This document shows positions 1 to 8,673 of a stretch of 42,632 bases of DNA, piece after piece. This DNA comes from a virus. Location: IMG/VR virus record IMGVR_UViG_3300045988_146228. One strand, given 5' to 3'. The notes under the pieces were generated by a model. The model saw only the letters and a program-made list of their open reading frames with translations. It made no database searches and was not told where the DNA came from. Each line of letters opens with the position of its first letter. Position 1 is the first letter of the stretch. A program made the position numbers and the translations under genes.

Positions 1-99
1 ATTTTTTTTTAAAGAATCAGAAAAGCTTTTGTGTATGCTGTCAGAAAGGGACTTTGCCAATTGTTGTGATAAACAAGAACCTATAGTTTTGGCAATAGA
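1..99. repeat. Terminal redundancy: bases 1-99 are identical to 42534-42632 (circular-assembly overlap or short direct terminal repeat)
   Basis: Direct comparison of both window ends (ATTTTTTTTTAAAGAATCAG...TTTGGCAATAGA at each end). Confidence 0.95.
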
Positions 100-282
100 A
101 TCTGAATAAGCGGTTTTGAAATTTTCACACAAATTTCGATACGGCTCCATGATTTTAGCTACACTTTGAGTAGTAGCAAAAGCAGTAGAAGAAGTTACGG
201 CTTTATGAAATTGTGATGTACAAAGCAAACTATCAGACATGATTTTAGTCATGCGTTTGAGAGAATCATTGTAATCCGACAT
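1..282 (-). CDS. 5' part of a ~275-aa membrane/coiled-coil protein gene that crosses the circular junction (continues in 41988..42533)
   Basis: ATG at 282-280 preceded by AGAGGT RBS. The frame stays open to the window start and is in phase with ORF 41988..42593 through the 99-bp overlap (MSDYNDSLKRMTKIMS...AKSLSDSIHKSF...). Confidence 0.6.
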   Translation of the reverse strand, partial: MSDYNDSLKRMTKIMSDSLLCTSQFHKAVTSSTAFATTQSVAKIMEPYRNLCENFKTAYSDSIAKTIGSCLSQQLAKSLSDSIHKSFSDSLKKN

Positions 283-413
283 AAAATACCTCTTTTCATT
301 ATATTATGAAAGAATTTTAGCATTTTATGAAAGATATTACAACAGTATTACAGGAAAGAAGGCTTGTAGGATAACCATTGAGGCCCGCAAGGCCGGATAG
401 GGGGTGAACTGAG

Positions 414-569
414 ATGATAATAGAAAGCATTGATAAAACTATAGAAGTTTTGTGCGAGAGGATTCAGAAAGAAGCTGAAACTTCAATATGTATTGAAACT
501 GTACCGGACATAGTAAAAGCCCTGGCAGAGCTGGTGTCTGCCAGGGAAAAACTCAAGAAAGAGTTTTAG
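414..569 (+). CDS. Hypothetical small protein (51 aa)
   Basis: ATG 414 with a GGGGG-type RBS 8-9 nt upstream; MIIESIDKTIEVLCERIQKEAE...; below the ORF-track size cutoff. Confidence 0.4.
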   Translation: MIIESIDKTIEVLCERIQKEAETSICIETVPDIVKALAELVSAREKLKKEF

Positions 570-574
570 ACTGA

Positions 575-745
575 TTATTCTTTGCTGCTTGACTTACCGA
601 GATGTTCAACAATCGTGTTGTAAAAAGCGGCTATTTCTTTAGCATTACCAGTTGAAGTTGTAGTTTTTCTGATCAGACCATTTTGGATAGCCAATTCAGT
701 AAATGTTGCAGCAAGCTGATTTTTATTGGAGTCATTAAGAGCCAT
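575..745 (-). CDS. Hypothetical small protein (56 aa)
   Basis: Internal ATG of ORF 575..844 preceded by AAAGGAGG; MALNDSNKNQLAATFTELAIQNG... Confidence 0.5.
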   Translation of the reverse strand: MALNDSNKNQLAATFTELAIQNGLIRKTTTSTGNAKEIAAFYNTIVEHLGKSSSKE

Positions 746-909
746 AATTGCAATCCTCCTTTCATATGTACTCGGGTGTGCCAGCACCCTGTATATATAG
801 AATAGGAGCGTACTGTCGAAACCGCAAGAAAAAGCGTTCGACAAAGTAGTAAAAATTCTATAAACACAACAAATACAATCTTCATACGATAAAACAGGAG
901 GTGAACCAC

Positions 910-1065
910 ATGGCAGTTATCAAAGAAATCAAAAACGGATCCGGAGGAGTAATCCGGATCCATGACGACTACTGCAAGAACAATACTCCGGAAGACAACC
1001 AGAAGATCATAGATAACGTATCCCGGATAGTCAATGATTATTACATAAGAAAATCCGTGGGGTAG
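910..1065 (+). CDS. Hypothetical small protein (51 aa)
   Basis: Strong RBS ACAGGAGGTG then ATG 910; MAVIKEIKNGSGGVIRIHDDYCKNN... Confidence 0.55.
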   Translation: MAVIKEIKNGSGGVIRIHDDYCKNNTPEDNQKIIDNVSRIVNDYYIRKSVG

Positions 1066-1124
1066 AAGGAACTTGCAGAGCTCCGCCCTCTGGTGGATGA
1101 GGAACATAAGAAAAGAGGCAAGAA

Positions 1125-1286
1125 ATGAAACGAGATGCGATCATATCCCTGTGTATAGCCCTCCCGGTGGCAAATCTGCCGTTCTGGCAGTGGAGAAGCC
1201 CGGCAGAGATGCTCCTGATGGCAGGGCTGTTCTGGCAGGTGGCGTTTGTTGCCGTGGTCGGGACGGGATATAAGAAACGAAGATAA
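1125..1286 (+). CDS. Hypothetical small hydrophobic protein (53 aa)
   Basis: AAGAGG RBS then ATG 1125; MKRDAIISLCIALPVANLPFWQW...FVAVVGTGYKKRR; followed by the hairpin at 1292-1315. Confidence 0.4.
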   Translation: MKRDAIISLCIALPVANLPFWQWRSPAEMLLMAGLFWQVAFVAVVGTGYKKRR

Positions 1287-1384
1287 AAAATGCCAGCACA
1301 TAGCAGTGTGCTGGCAAAGGGAAAAATCCCAGATGTAAACGTTCAACATCATCATAGCATCTGGGAGGAGAACAGTCAAGCGGC

Positions 1385-1411
1385 ACGGGTGAAAAGCCCG
1401 TATTTATTTTT
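1385..1411 (+). terminator. Rho-independent terminator-like hairpin upstream of the Rep-like gene
   Basis: ACGGG-TGAAAAG-CCCGT followed by TATTTATTTTT. Confidence 0.45.
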
Positions 1412-1465
1412 GGGGTACGAGTCCCCTTGCAGGCTTGATTAAACGTATTAGAGATAGGACAAGGA

Positions 1466-2230
1466 TTGCTTATGAGGTGTGGATATATAAGATGGATCTG
1501 GGACTGTGGAAACACCAGGGAAGTTGAAGAAAAGCATACGGGCAGATATGGAGCCAGGGGACAGAAAAGACAGAAGAGGAGAAAAGCCACTCCGGAAGAG
1601 ATCGCTAAACAGAACCAATGGAAAAAGGAACGGGATGTCCGTCGTCTGATCAAATGGAATTTCGGAATAGGAGATTACTGGTTCACACTGACATACAAGA
1701 AAGGATCACGCCCACCTTGGAAACAGATGCAGAAAGATATGTCAAAGTTTATCCGGAAGCTTCGGGACAGGTATAAAAAATATGGATGGAAGTTGAAGTA
1801 CATATACCGCCTGGAGATTGGAAAGCAGGGCGGACCCCACGTACATATCCTGGTCAACCGGAAATCAAACAATGAGACAGATACAGGGCTTTTAGTGGAA
1901 ATGTTATGGAACCATGGCCATGCACAGACAAAGAGAGTGTATGACGTAGATTCCGGAGAACTGGCAGAATACATAACCAAGCCGTTGAAAGAACATGAGC
2001 CAGAGGACCTGAAACGGTACCACCCATCCAGAAACCTGATCCGCAAGGATCCGGAGAAAGAAGAGATAAAAAAACGGAGCTTGGTGGACAGGCAGGGGAT
2101 ACCGAGAGATCCGAAACCACCAAAGGGATGGGCGATTGTTCCTGGTTCAGTAAAACATGGGAAAAACAAGGTGACAGGCTACGCATACCGGCATTACATA
2201 CTGGTCAGAACAGGGAATAGAAGGGATTGA
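1466..2230 (+). CDS. HUH-superfamily rolling-circle Rep-like replication initiator
   Basis: Motif I FTLTY, motif II PHVHILVN (H-U-H), motif III AEYITKP (YxxK), basic N-terminus. Confidence 0.65.
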   Translation: MLMRCGYIRWIWDCGNTREVEEKHTGRYGARGQKRQKRRKATPEEIAKQNQWKKERDVRRLIKWNFGIGDYWFTLTYKKGSRPPWKQMQKDMSKFIRKLRDRYKKYGWKLKYIYRLEIGKQGGPHVHILVNRKSNNETDTGLLVEMLWNHGHAQTKRVYDVDSGELAEYITKPLKEHEPEDLKRYHPSRNLIRKDPEKEEIKKRSLVDRQGIPRDPKPPKGWAIVPGSVKHGKNKVTGYAYRHYILVRTGNRRD

Positions 2231-2231
2231 C

Positions 2232-2675
2232 ATGTGGAAAGTAGACATATATCTGGAGGCAGACAGCAAGGCCCAGAAGAATACAGAGAGAAAATGTGCA
2301 TATATCCTGGAAACGATTTGCGCCGGCGCAATTAAAACAGCAGAAGGGTTCCAATGTATTTCTGGAACATACCACAGTGCAACCCTTCAAAACCTGGCGG
2401 CAGCATTATCGCGGATCAGAAAGACAAGCAATGTCTGCGTCCATACAGAAGATGTTTATGTGGTATCCCGTATCCGGAAACTTCCGGAAATGGCAGCAGC
2501 CAATTGGGAAGATGCCAGAGGCACCAGGATTGGGAATGCAGAACTCTGGAAAAGGATCTGGGAGCTGATAGAAGAGCATCACTTAACATTAACAGCAAAA
2601 GCCGGGAAGCACAGTTACTCAAACTGGCTTCAGGAAGCTATGAAAAAAATGAAGGGAGAAGATGTAAATGTTTGA
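2232..2675 (+). CDS. RNase H-like fold protein (degenerate catalytic residues)
   Basis: VDIYLEADS...ATLQNLAAALSRI...VHTEDVYV...NAELWKRIWELI resembles the RNase HI motif order; weak. Confidence 0.4.
   Translation: MWKVDIYLEADSKAQKNTERKCAYILETICAGAIKTAEGFQCISGTYHSATLQNLAAALSRIRKTSNVCVHTEDVYVVSRIRKLPEMAAANWEDARGTRIGNAELWKRIWELIEEHHLTLTAKAGKHSYSNWLQEAMKKMKGEDVNV
2318..2331. repeat. Palindrome TTGCGCCGGCGCAA, copy 1 (inside the RNase H-like gene)
   Basis: Exact 14-bp palindrome. Confidence 0.9.
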
Positions 2676-3162
2676 AAAATTTGGAGAGATGAGCAGCTGC
2701 AGGGAGATCAACGAGCTTGCAGAGAATCTGCTGAATGAAGGAGATATCCAGAGCCTGAAAGTGATGGCGCAGGAGAACGGCATCCCGGAAGACTATGTTG
2801 AGATGTATCAGTCCGGCGATATCCCGTATCTTTGTGACGCTGTGACGGCCGCCATGGGAAAACTGGATGTGGAATGCGGATCTCTGAAACTGGCCGGTCT
2901 GATGAATGACTGGGTGGAGTATATCCGGGGGCTCTGTATGGAGGATGAGATGGTCGCGCACCAGGTCCGCAAGAAAGGAAAGAGCCTGAAGCAGTGCATC
3001 GCAGAGATTTTGAAGTATGCCTTTAAGAACCAGGTGCCTGTGGACAAGGAGATCATAAAGGCTGCAGGAGTCAACGCCGAAAAAGTGACCTTCGGAGACC
3101 CGGATATGGGCACTGCAAAAAAACTGATCCGTGATTACTATCTGGGAGGCAGCAGGAAATGA
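2668..3162 (+). CDS. PcfK-like protein (family that includes AcrIIA9-type anti-CRISPRs)
   Basis: Size, acidic N-terminal helix region, C-terminal ...ILKYAFKNQ...FGDPDMGTAKKLIRDYY, and position directly upstream of a PcfJ-like gene as in pCF10 pcfK-pcfJ. Confidence 0.45.
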   Translation: MFEKFGEMSSCREINELAENLLNEGDIQSLKVMAQENGIPEDYVEMYQSGDIPYLCDAVTAAMGKLDVECGSLKLAGLMNDWVEYIRGLCMEDEMVAHQVRKKGKSLKQCIAEILKYAFKNQVPVDKEIIKAAGVNAEKVTFGDPDMGTAKKLIRDYYLGGSRK

Positions 3163-5231
3163 AGAAAAAGGAGATAGAAAAGATCCCATTCCGGGGCGGT
3201 GTCAGGGCAGACAAACAGTATCGTAACACAGCAGTTGCATTTTTTCAGGATATCCGTGGAGAGAGCCATCTGTTTGTTGAAGTTTATGAAAACAAAAAAC
3301 GGAAGCTGCAAACCCCGTGGATCCGGATGGTGTTTAGTCAGAAGGACTGGGGCTTGTATTATCCGGATGCAGGCGTCTGGTCGGCAGCAGGGCTGGATGA
3401 AGAAAGGGAAAAGATCGGCAGTAACTGCGAAAAAAGAGACAACAAGTGTTATATGGCTAGGTCCCAGGGAGATATGGTGTGGAAGTTTGCTGGAGATACG
3501 TGGGAACGGAAATACACCACCTGGGTAGGTGCCCTGCAGAGCCTGATCTATAACATCAAAGCGCAAAGAGTCCAGAAAAGGGAAGACAAACGTGCGGACA
3601 GGCTTAAAGAACGGGAACAGAACACCCCGCCGCTTCCGAAAGGACTGGAAGACTGGGCGAAAAAAACAGGCATCGGAATAGAACACTTCCTGTACTACAA
3701 GCGTCATGGAAGATATGCGGATATAGCCTGCTCTGCATGCGGACAGGTGACGGAGGCAGCGGTCAGAAGCAAAGACACCTACGAGGGACAGTTTGAAAAG
3801 ATAATCCCGGTCCCGCAACATAATTCGGTGGGAACGTGCCCTCATTGTGGTGCTACAGGGGTGTATAAGGTTCAGGGAAAGGCCAAAGGAGTATGGGGGC
3901 ATGGGATGAACTGCTTTATTGCACAGAGATATAAGGATGATGGAGCAGTGATCAGATATGTGGAGATAGAAAAAATATACAGACTGGATACTTTCCTGGA
4001 TGAAAAAGAGATCATGACAGGCGCAGGCGAAAAGATGATCATAACTGAGATCGCAAGGACTTACCTGGAAAAAGGAAAAAGGCCACAGACAGATTATCAT
4101 AAATTTAGTTCTTACTCCGGAGAATTCTGGGATGACTGCAATTTGTGCGGAATGAACAACATTTCGATCAAAGCAGCAAGGATATATCCGGAAAGCTACA
4201 AAGAACTCCGGACCACATTCCTGAGATATTCGGCAGCAGAGATGCATGGAAAACATAAGACCATGTACAACCTGAAAGAATACCTCGAAAGATATATCCA
4301 ATGGCCGCAGATAGAGATGTTTGTGAAAATGGGATTACATCATATAGCGGAATCCATAGTAGAGGGCTACTGCGGGATCATAGCAGACAAGGATGCCATA
4401 AAGCCGGAATGTTTTCTTGGAATCTATAAAAGAAGGCTCAGGGACCTGAAGACCTTGCAGGGAAACCCTGACTATCTGAAAGTGTGGCAGATGGAGAAAC
4501 GGATGGGACTTCACGTGACAGTACAGGAAAGCGTATTTCTTGCGGAAAGTCAGGTACGGCAGAACGATCTGGAAGAAATATTGAAATATACCACAGTAGC
4601 AAAGTTCATGCACAGGATAGAGCAGTATTCCGGATGCGAGATCCCTGATACTATGCAGGAACCCATGTGTGGAAGGATGGCAAGTGCTGTAAGCGGCGTA
4701 ACCCGCACTTATGTGGATTATCTGCATATGCGGATACAGAGGGGGTATGACCTGCATAACCAGATTTTCCTTTTTCCGAGAGACTTGAGGCTTGCCCATG
4801 ACCGGATGGTCATTGAGACAAATGCGGAAGAAATCCGCAAGAGAGAACAGGCAGTTAGCGAAAAATATCCGGACATCCGAAAGAACTACAGGGGTCTGAG
4901 GAATCAATATTTTTACGAAGACGAGGATTATCTGATACGGCCGGCAAGATCAGCAGAAGAGATCGTTGCAGAAGGAAGGATACTACATCATTGCGTCGGC
5001 GGGGACAGCTATCTGAATAAGCATAACACCGGCCGGAGCACGATCCTTTTCCTGCGTTCAAAGTCAGCGCCGGAAACACCGTATATCACAATAGAGATCT
5101 GCGGGACAAAGATCCTGCAGTGGTATGGGATCCGGGATACAAAGCCGGATGAAATCAGGATAGAAAGGCATCTGAGAAGATACATAAAAACATTAAAGGA
5201 AAAAGAGCAGATAAAGTCAGTGACCGCATAA
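3159..5231 (+). CDS. PcfJ-like protein
   Basis: C-terminal signature EGRILHHCVGGDSYLNKHNTGRSTILFLRSKSAPETPYITIEI typical of the PcfJ domain; CxxC...CxxC zinc ribbon near aa 190-230. Confidence 0.6.
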   Translation: MKKKEIEKIPFRGGVRADKQYRNTAVAFFQDIRGESHLFVEVYENKKRKLQTPWIRMVFSQKDWGLYYPDAGVWSAAGLDEEREKIGSNCEKRDNKCYMARSQGDMVWKFAGDTWERKYTTWVGALQSLIYNIKAQRVQKREDKRADRLKEREQNTPPLPKGLEDWAKKTGIGIEHFLYYKRHGRYADIACSACGQVTEAAVRSKDTYEGQFEKIIPVPQHNSVGTCPHCGATGVYKVQGKAKGVWGHGMNCFIAQRYKDDGAVIRYVEIEKIYRLDTFLDEKEIMTGAGEKMIITEIARTYLEKGKRPQTDYHKFSSYSGEFWDDCNLCGMNNISIKAARIYPESYKELRTTFLRYSAAEMHGKHKTMYNLKEYLERYIQWPQIEMFVKMGLHHIAESIVEGYCGIIADKDAIKPECFLGIYKRRLRDLKTLQGNPDYLKVWQMEKRMGLHVTVQESVFLAESQVRQNDLEEILKYTTVAKFMHRIEQYSGCEIPDTMQEPMCGRMASAVSGVTRTYVDYLHMRIQRGYDLHNQIFLFPRDLRLAHDRMVIETNAEEIRKREQAVSEKYPDIRKNYRGLRNQYFYEDEDYLIRPARSAEEIVAEGRILHHCVGGDSYLNKHNTGRSTILFLRSKSAPETPYITIEICGTKILQWYGIRDTKPDEIRIERHLRRYIKTLKEKEQIKSVTA

Positions 5232-5241
5232 GGAGGAAAGC

Positions 5242-6486
5242 ATGGAATATGTACAGCTGAGCATGGATGAATACATCCAGAGTAAAAACGACATCAAAAA
5301 TAATCTTGGAGGTATCGTAAAAAGCTTTGTCCGGATCGGATGGCAGTTGACCAGGATTGACCGGTCGGGCGCTTATAAAAATGACGGATACAGCAGCATA
5401 GCCGAATTTGCGGCAGCAGAATATGGGATGAACAGGACCGGTGTCAGCCGTTTTATGACCGTATATGAAACATATTCTGCAGACGGGGATACACCGGAAC
5501 TGAAAGAACAGTACCGGGAATTTAAGTTCTCGCAGCTGACCGAACTCCTGCAGGTCCAGGAAGCAGACCGGCAGATGTTCACGCCGGAAGTAAAAAGGGA
5601 GGATATCAGAGAATTCCAGAGGTTTGAAAAAGAAAATGAATCAGATCCGGCCCGGCTGCTTGACTGGAAAGATGCAAAAAGCCCGGAAGAAAAGCTGAAA
5701 GCAACGATACAGGAGTTTTGCAGGGAGAATAAAGAGATCATTAATGCAGTGTATAGCTCAATCATGGAGCCAAAAGACCTGGCGGAGATGATCAGCCCGT
5801 CCGGCAGCAGGAGTTACCGGAAAGGCACCGTGTACATGATGTTTTATGAAGAATCAAAAGGGATCATGGTCAAGGTGTTCGGGGAGACACCGGTGGATAT
5901 CACGTATCGATATTTCCTGGATGTGGTGCACAGCCTGTTCGATGAGTACGATGCAGGGGCCCATACCTGGGAAAAATGCTTCGGGGTACTGCCAGACGAG
6001 GGGGCAACAGCCCAGAAACGGGAAGAACCTGTGGAACCGAAAATGCCAGAGTATAGCGGTGAAATCACCGGGAAGGTACACGATGATGTTTCAACCGAGA
6101 AGGTGATGGAAAAACCAGAGATTGCGCCGGCGCAACAGGAAGAACAGATCCCTGGACAAGACAGTATTGATCAGCATCCGGAATATATGCCAGAACCGGT
6201 GCAAGAACCAGATATCCCGAAGAAACCAGAAGATTCCGTACCGGAGATCCATAAAGAAGAACAGAAGTCCGACCCAGTACCGGAAAACAATGAAACTATT
6301 CCGGAAAAAGCAATAACCCGGAAAGAATACCTTGAAACGCTCACATTATACGGCTGGGCGGATTACGTGGCAGCAGCAATGCGGACCTTTGGAAGCATAC
6401 CATTCTCCAGATTGCGTGAGATCAGCTTCTGGGAAGAATGGCTGTGTGGAAAAGTGGACAAAAAAGGACGTCCATGGATTGAGTAA
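5242..6486 (+). CDS. Hypothetical early protein with an N-terminal HTH-like region and an acidic/Pro-rich linker
   Basis: AAGGAGG RBS; ...GYSSIAEFAAAEYGMNRTGVSRFMTVYETY...; PE/PV-rich low-complexity segment near aa 290-345. Confidence 0.75.
   Translation: MEYVQLSMDEYIQSKNDIKNNLGGIVKSFVRIGWQLTRIDRSGAYKNDGYSSIAEFAAAEYGMNRTGVSRFMTVYETYSADGDTPELKEQYREFKFSQLTELLQVQEADRQMFTPEVKREDIREFQRFEKENESDPARLLDWKDAKSPEEKLKATIQEFCRENKEIINAVYSSIMEPKDLAEMISPSGSRSYRKGTVYMMFYEESKGIMVKVFGETPVDITYRYFLDVVHSLFDEYDAGAHTWEKCFGVLPDEGATAQKREEPVEPKMPEYSGEITGKVHDDVSTEKVMEKPEIAPAQQEEQIPGQDSIDQHPEYMPEPVQEPDIPKKPEDSVPEIHKEEQKSDPVPENNETIPEKAITRKEYLETLTLYGWADYVAAAMRTFGSIPFSRLREISFWEEWLCGKVDKKGRPWIE
6122..6135. repeat. Palindrome TTGCGCCGGCGCAA, copy 2 (inside gene 5242..6486)
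   Basis: Exact 14-bp palindrome. Confidence 0.9.
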
Positions 6487-6560
6487 AGGGTGTTTTCAAA
6501 AATCCAAATATATCACAAATACATAAGGGGAGGCCCTGACCTCCCCGGAAAGGGGCAGAA

Positions 6561-6935
6561 ATGTTATTCCCAAAGACAAAACCAAAGAAAAAGAGAATGC
6601 GCCATCCGGTCAGCGTTCTTCACGATAAAAATAGCAGAACCTGTTATCTCTGCGTAATGCTTCATGACAACTGGAATGAATACAGGATCCTGGATGAGCA
6701 TCATGTATTTGGAGGACCAAACCGGAAAAACTCAGAAGAATATGGCCTGAAAGTATATCTGTGCAATGATCATCACATCTACGGCCCAGAGGCAGTACAC
6801 AACAATGCACGGATTCGCCACGAATTACAGCGGACAGCACAGAGAGAATTTGAAAAGCAGCATAGTCACAAGGAGTTCATGGAGATATTCGGCCGGAACT
6901 ACCTTGATCCAGTAGAGATAGGGGGAAAACAATGA
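6561..6935 (+). CDS. Cys/His-rich putative HNH-like zinc-binding protein
   Basis: CYLC...EHHVFGGPNRKNSEEYGLKVYLCNDHH...AVHNN pattern. Confidence 0.5.
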   Translation: MLFPKTKPKKKRMRHPVSVLHDKNSRTCYLCVMLHDNWNEYRILDEHHVFGGPNRKNSEEYGLKVYLCNDHHIYGPEAVHNNARIRHELQRTAQREFEKQHSHKEFMEIFGRNYLDPVEIGGKQ

Positions 6936-7201
6936 AAAGAAGGATGTATCTGTACAAGATCGTAGACCAGAACGGGAAACAGGTCTTTGAGGATCTGCTG
7001 ACAGCCAAACAAGTCACAGAGAAGATTGGCTGTACAAGTGCCAACGTTGGCCAGGCAGCAGCCAATTTCGCCCTTGTAGACAAGAAGTACCGGATCATTC
7101 CGGAGGATATTAAGCTCAGTAAAAGATTGGACATTGTATTACTCCTCGAATGGGACAGGGTACGAAGGAAGATCTTGCAGGCAGCAGGGAGGGAAGTATG
7201 A
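6932..7201 (+). CDS. Hypothetical protein, possible HTH
   Basis: ORF with start overlapping the upstream stop; LTAKQVTEKIGCTSANVGQAAAN. Confidence 0.6.
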   Translation: MKRRMYLYKIVDQNGKQVFEDLLTAKQVTEKIGCTSANVGQAAANFALVDKKYRIIPEDIKLSKRLDIVLLLEWDRVRRKILQAAGREV

Positions 7202-7467
7202 ATAAGAGACAGAAAAAGAAGTTATTCAAGAAAAGAGCAGGATTCTATCCGCCGGGAGGTCCCGATGCTTTGAGATTCCAGATCTGGACAGGAATTGGAA
7301 TGACAAAAAGCAAGTGGAAGAAGTTCAATGAGACGCTGAAAGAAATTTTTGAAACAACAGAATATGATCGTAATACCAGAAATGTAGAGAATTTCAATTG
7401 GCTGATGAGAAAGAGGTGGGATAAAAATGGCAATCAAAAGAACTGTAGAAACAGACGTATACTGTGA
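7198..7467 (+). CDS. Hypothetical basic protein
   Basis: ATG 7198 overlaps the stop of the upstream gene (ATGA); MNKRQKKKLFKKRAGFYPPGG... Confidence 0.55.
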   Translation: MNKRQKKKLFKKRAGFYPPGGPDALRFQIWTGIGMTKSKWKKFNETLKEIFETTEYDRNTRNVENFNWLMRKRWDKNGNQKNCRNRRIL

Positions 7468-7742
7468 TATCTGTGGAGAATGGCTTGCAAGTTGGAAATC
7501 TAATGGCACAGGAGTCAGCAGAACTTGGGCAGCAGTATTTGCGAGAGAGAAAGGCTGCACAGTTGGAAAAAAAGGTTATTTGCAGAGAATGCAGGATCAA
7601 GAAAAGAATCCAGATATGCAGCATACAGCGCAAGATCGGAAGCGCAGGAATAGATAGCAATGGAATGTGCCTGGGGTTCGAAAGCGAAAAATGTAAACAG
7701 TGCTTTGCATGTACATCTTATGAACAGAAGGAGACATTATGA
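7427..7742 (+). CDS. Zinc-ribbon protein split over two frames at an A7 run (7567-7573); parts 7427..7657 and 7464..7742
   Basis: RBS AGGTGGG then ATG 7427. CDIC in the first frame and CREC/CKQC in the second. Removing one A gives the continuous ...AREKGCTVGKKVICRECRIKK... Confidence 0.55.
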
Positions 7743-8035
7743 AAAAATCGGTATTTGTAATAGATACACCGGAACATGGTTGTATTTCTTGCCCGATCGG
7801 GAGAAATCATAGCGACAGAGTAAACGTCTGTACGTATTGCCCGATTACAGAAAAAATTGCATGGAATGAAGAAGCAGAGACAATTCCTGACTGGTGTCTA
7901 CTGAGAACACTTCCAGAGAAAATCTCGCTGGAAAAACCAAAGGAATATTATTACGGCAAAATGCACGGATGGAATGCTTGTATAGATAAGATTGCAGGAG
8001 GAGACGATGGAAAAGACGATGGGAAATACATGTAA
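7739..8035 (+). CDS. Hypothetical Cys-rich protein
   Basis: ORF with ATGA overlap to the upstream gene; HGCISCP...CTYCP. Confidence 0.6.
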   Translation: MKKSVFVIDTPEHGCISCPIGRNHSDRVNVCTYCPITEKIAWNEEAETIPDWCLLRTLPEKISLEKPKEYYYGKMHGWNACIDKIAGGDDGKDDGKYM

Positions 8036-8444
8036 AACCTGTATCAACAACGATGATGGCCTTTGTGATCGCAGAGGAATCCTTGTAGAAGATGAAGATT
8101 TCTGTGAGCATCACTGGGCAGCAGGAAAGAAGGTCAGAATGAAACGACATGAGAAGAAGATGGACATCACACCAGAGCTGATGCTGTCAGCATATAACAC
8201 ACTGATTCAGGGATGTAAAAGCCAGCCGGCCAGTGAAGACGGAACCTGCAGCAGCTGCATCCTGTATCAGAACTGCCCAGGTACATCAAACCTTCTTCCG
8301 GAAGACTGGAAGGAGATACATTATCCATATTTGACAGGAAACACGATTCACTACATAAAGGCTGGTAAAGTCAAGCAGATTATATTTTCTAGCCGGGAAG
8401 ATGCAGAGGAAAGGCTCAGAGAGATGAAAGAAGGTGTGAAATGA
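8007..8444 (+). CDS. Hypothetical Cys-rich protein
   Basis: AGGAGG RBS then ATG 8007; MEKTMGNTCKTCINNDDGLCD... Confidence 0.6.
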   Translation: MEKTMGNTCKTCINNDDGLCDRRGILVEDEDFCEHHWAAGKKVRMKRHEKKMDITPELMLSAYNTLIQGCKSQPASEDGTCSSCILYQNCPGTSNLLPEDWKEIHYPYLTGNTIHYIKAGKVKQIIFSSREDAEERLREMKEGVK

Positions 8445-8623
8445 GCTACAAGAACAATGAAGGCTATCCAGATCCGACAGCTGGTAAAGCGGTCCGGTCA
8501 GCGGGCAGGATGCCGACACACATTTATAACGCCTTTTGTGTCCTGAATAATACGGCAGGCCTGCTAGGATTAGAGATTACAGGCATACGGGATCGAAAGA
8601 CAGGAAAAGAATGGAAGAAATAG
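8441..8623 (+). CDS. Hypothetical small protein
   Basis: ATGA overlap with the upstream gene; MSYKNNEGYPDPTAGKAV... Confidence 0.55.
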   Translation: MSYKNNEGYPDPTAGKAVRSAGRMPTHIYNAFCVLNNTAGLLGLEITGIRDRKTGKEWKK

Positions 8624-8673
8624 AGAAAGCCGGGAGCATACGCGTTCCCGGCTAAAAGCATCGAAAGGGGAGG

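Noticed and set aside
303-335. A direct repeat TTATGAAAGA x2 upstream of the first early gene, as a possible promoter or operator
   Set aside because: It is only 10 nt in AT-rich sequence, and no adjacent -35/-10 pair has proper spacing. The support is insufficient.
1041-1653. Minus-strand ORFs 1041..1379 and 1141..1653, and + strand ORF 1073..1273
   Set aside because: They have no RBS and run through hairpins. They overlap better-supported small + strand genes and the start of the Rep-like gene. The alternative + strand frame at 1125..1286 has an RBS.
3138-4301. A long minus-strand ORF (387 aa) antisense to the PcfJ-like gene; similar antisense ORFs at 2638..3189, 11282..12073, 12424..13122, 17595..18431, 21380..22027, 22732..23331 and 23536..24009
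   Set aside because: These are shadow ORFs inside well-supported + strand genes. They have no RBS and show low-complexity or Cys/Phe/Leu-rich compositions typical of antisense frames.
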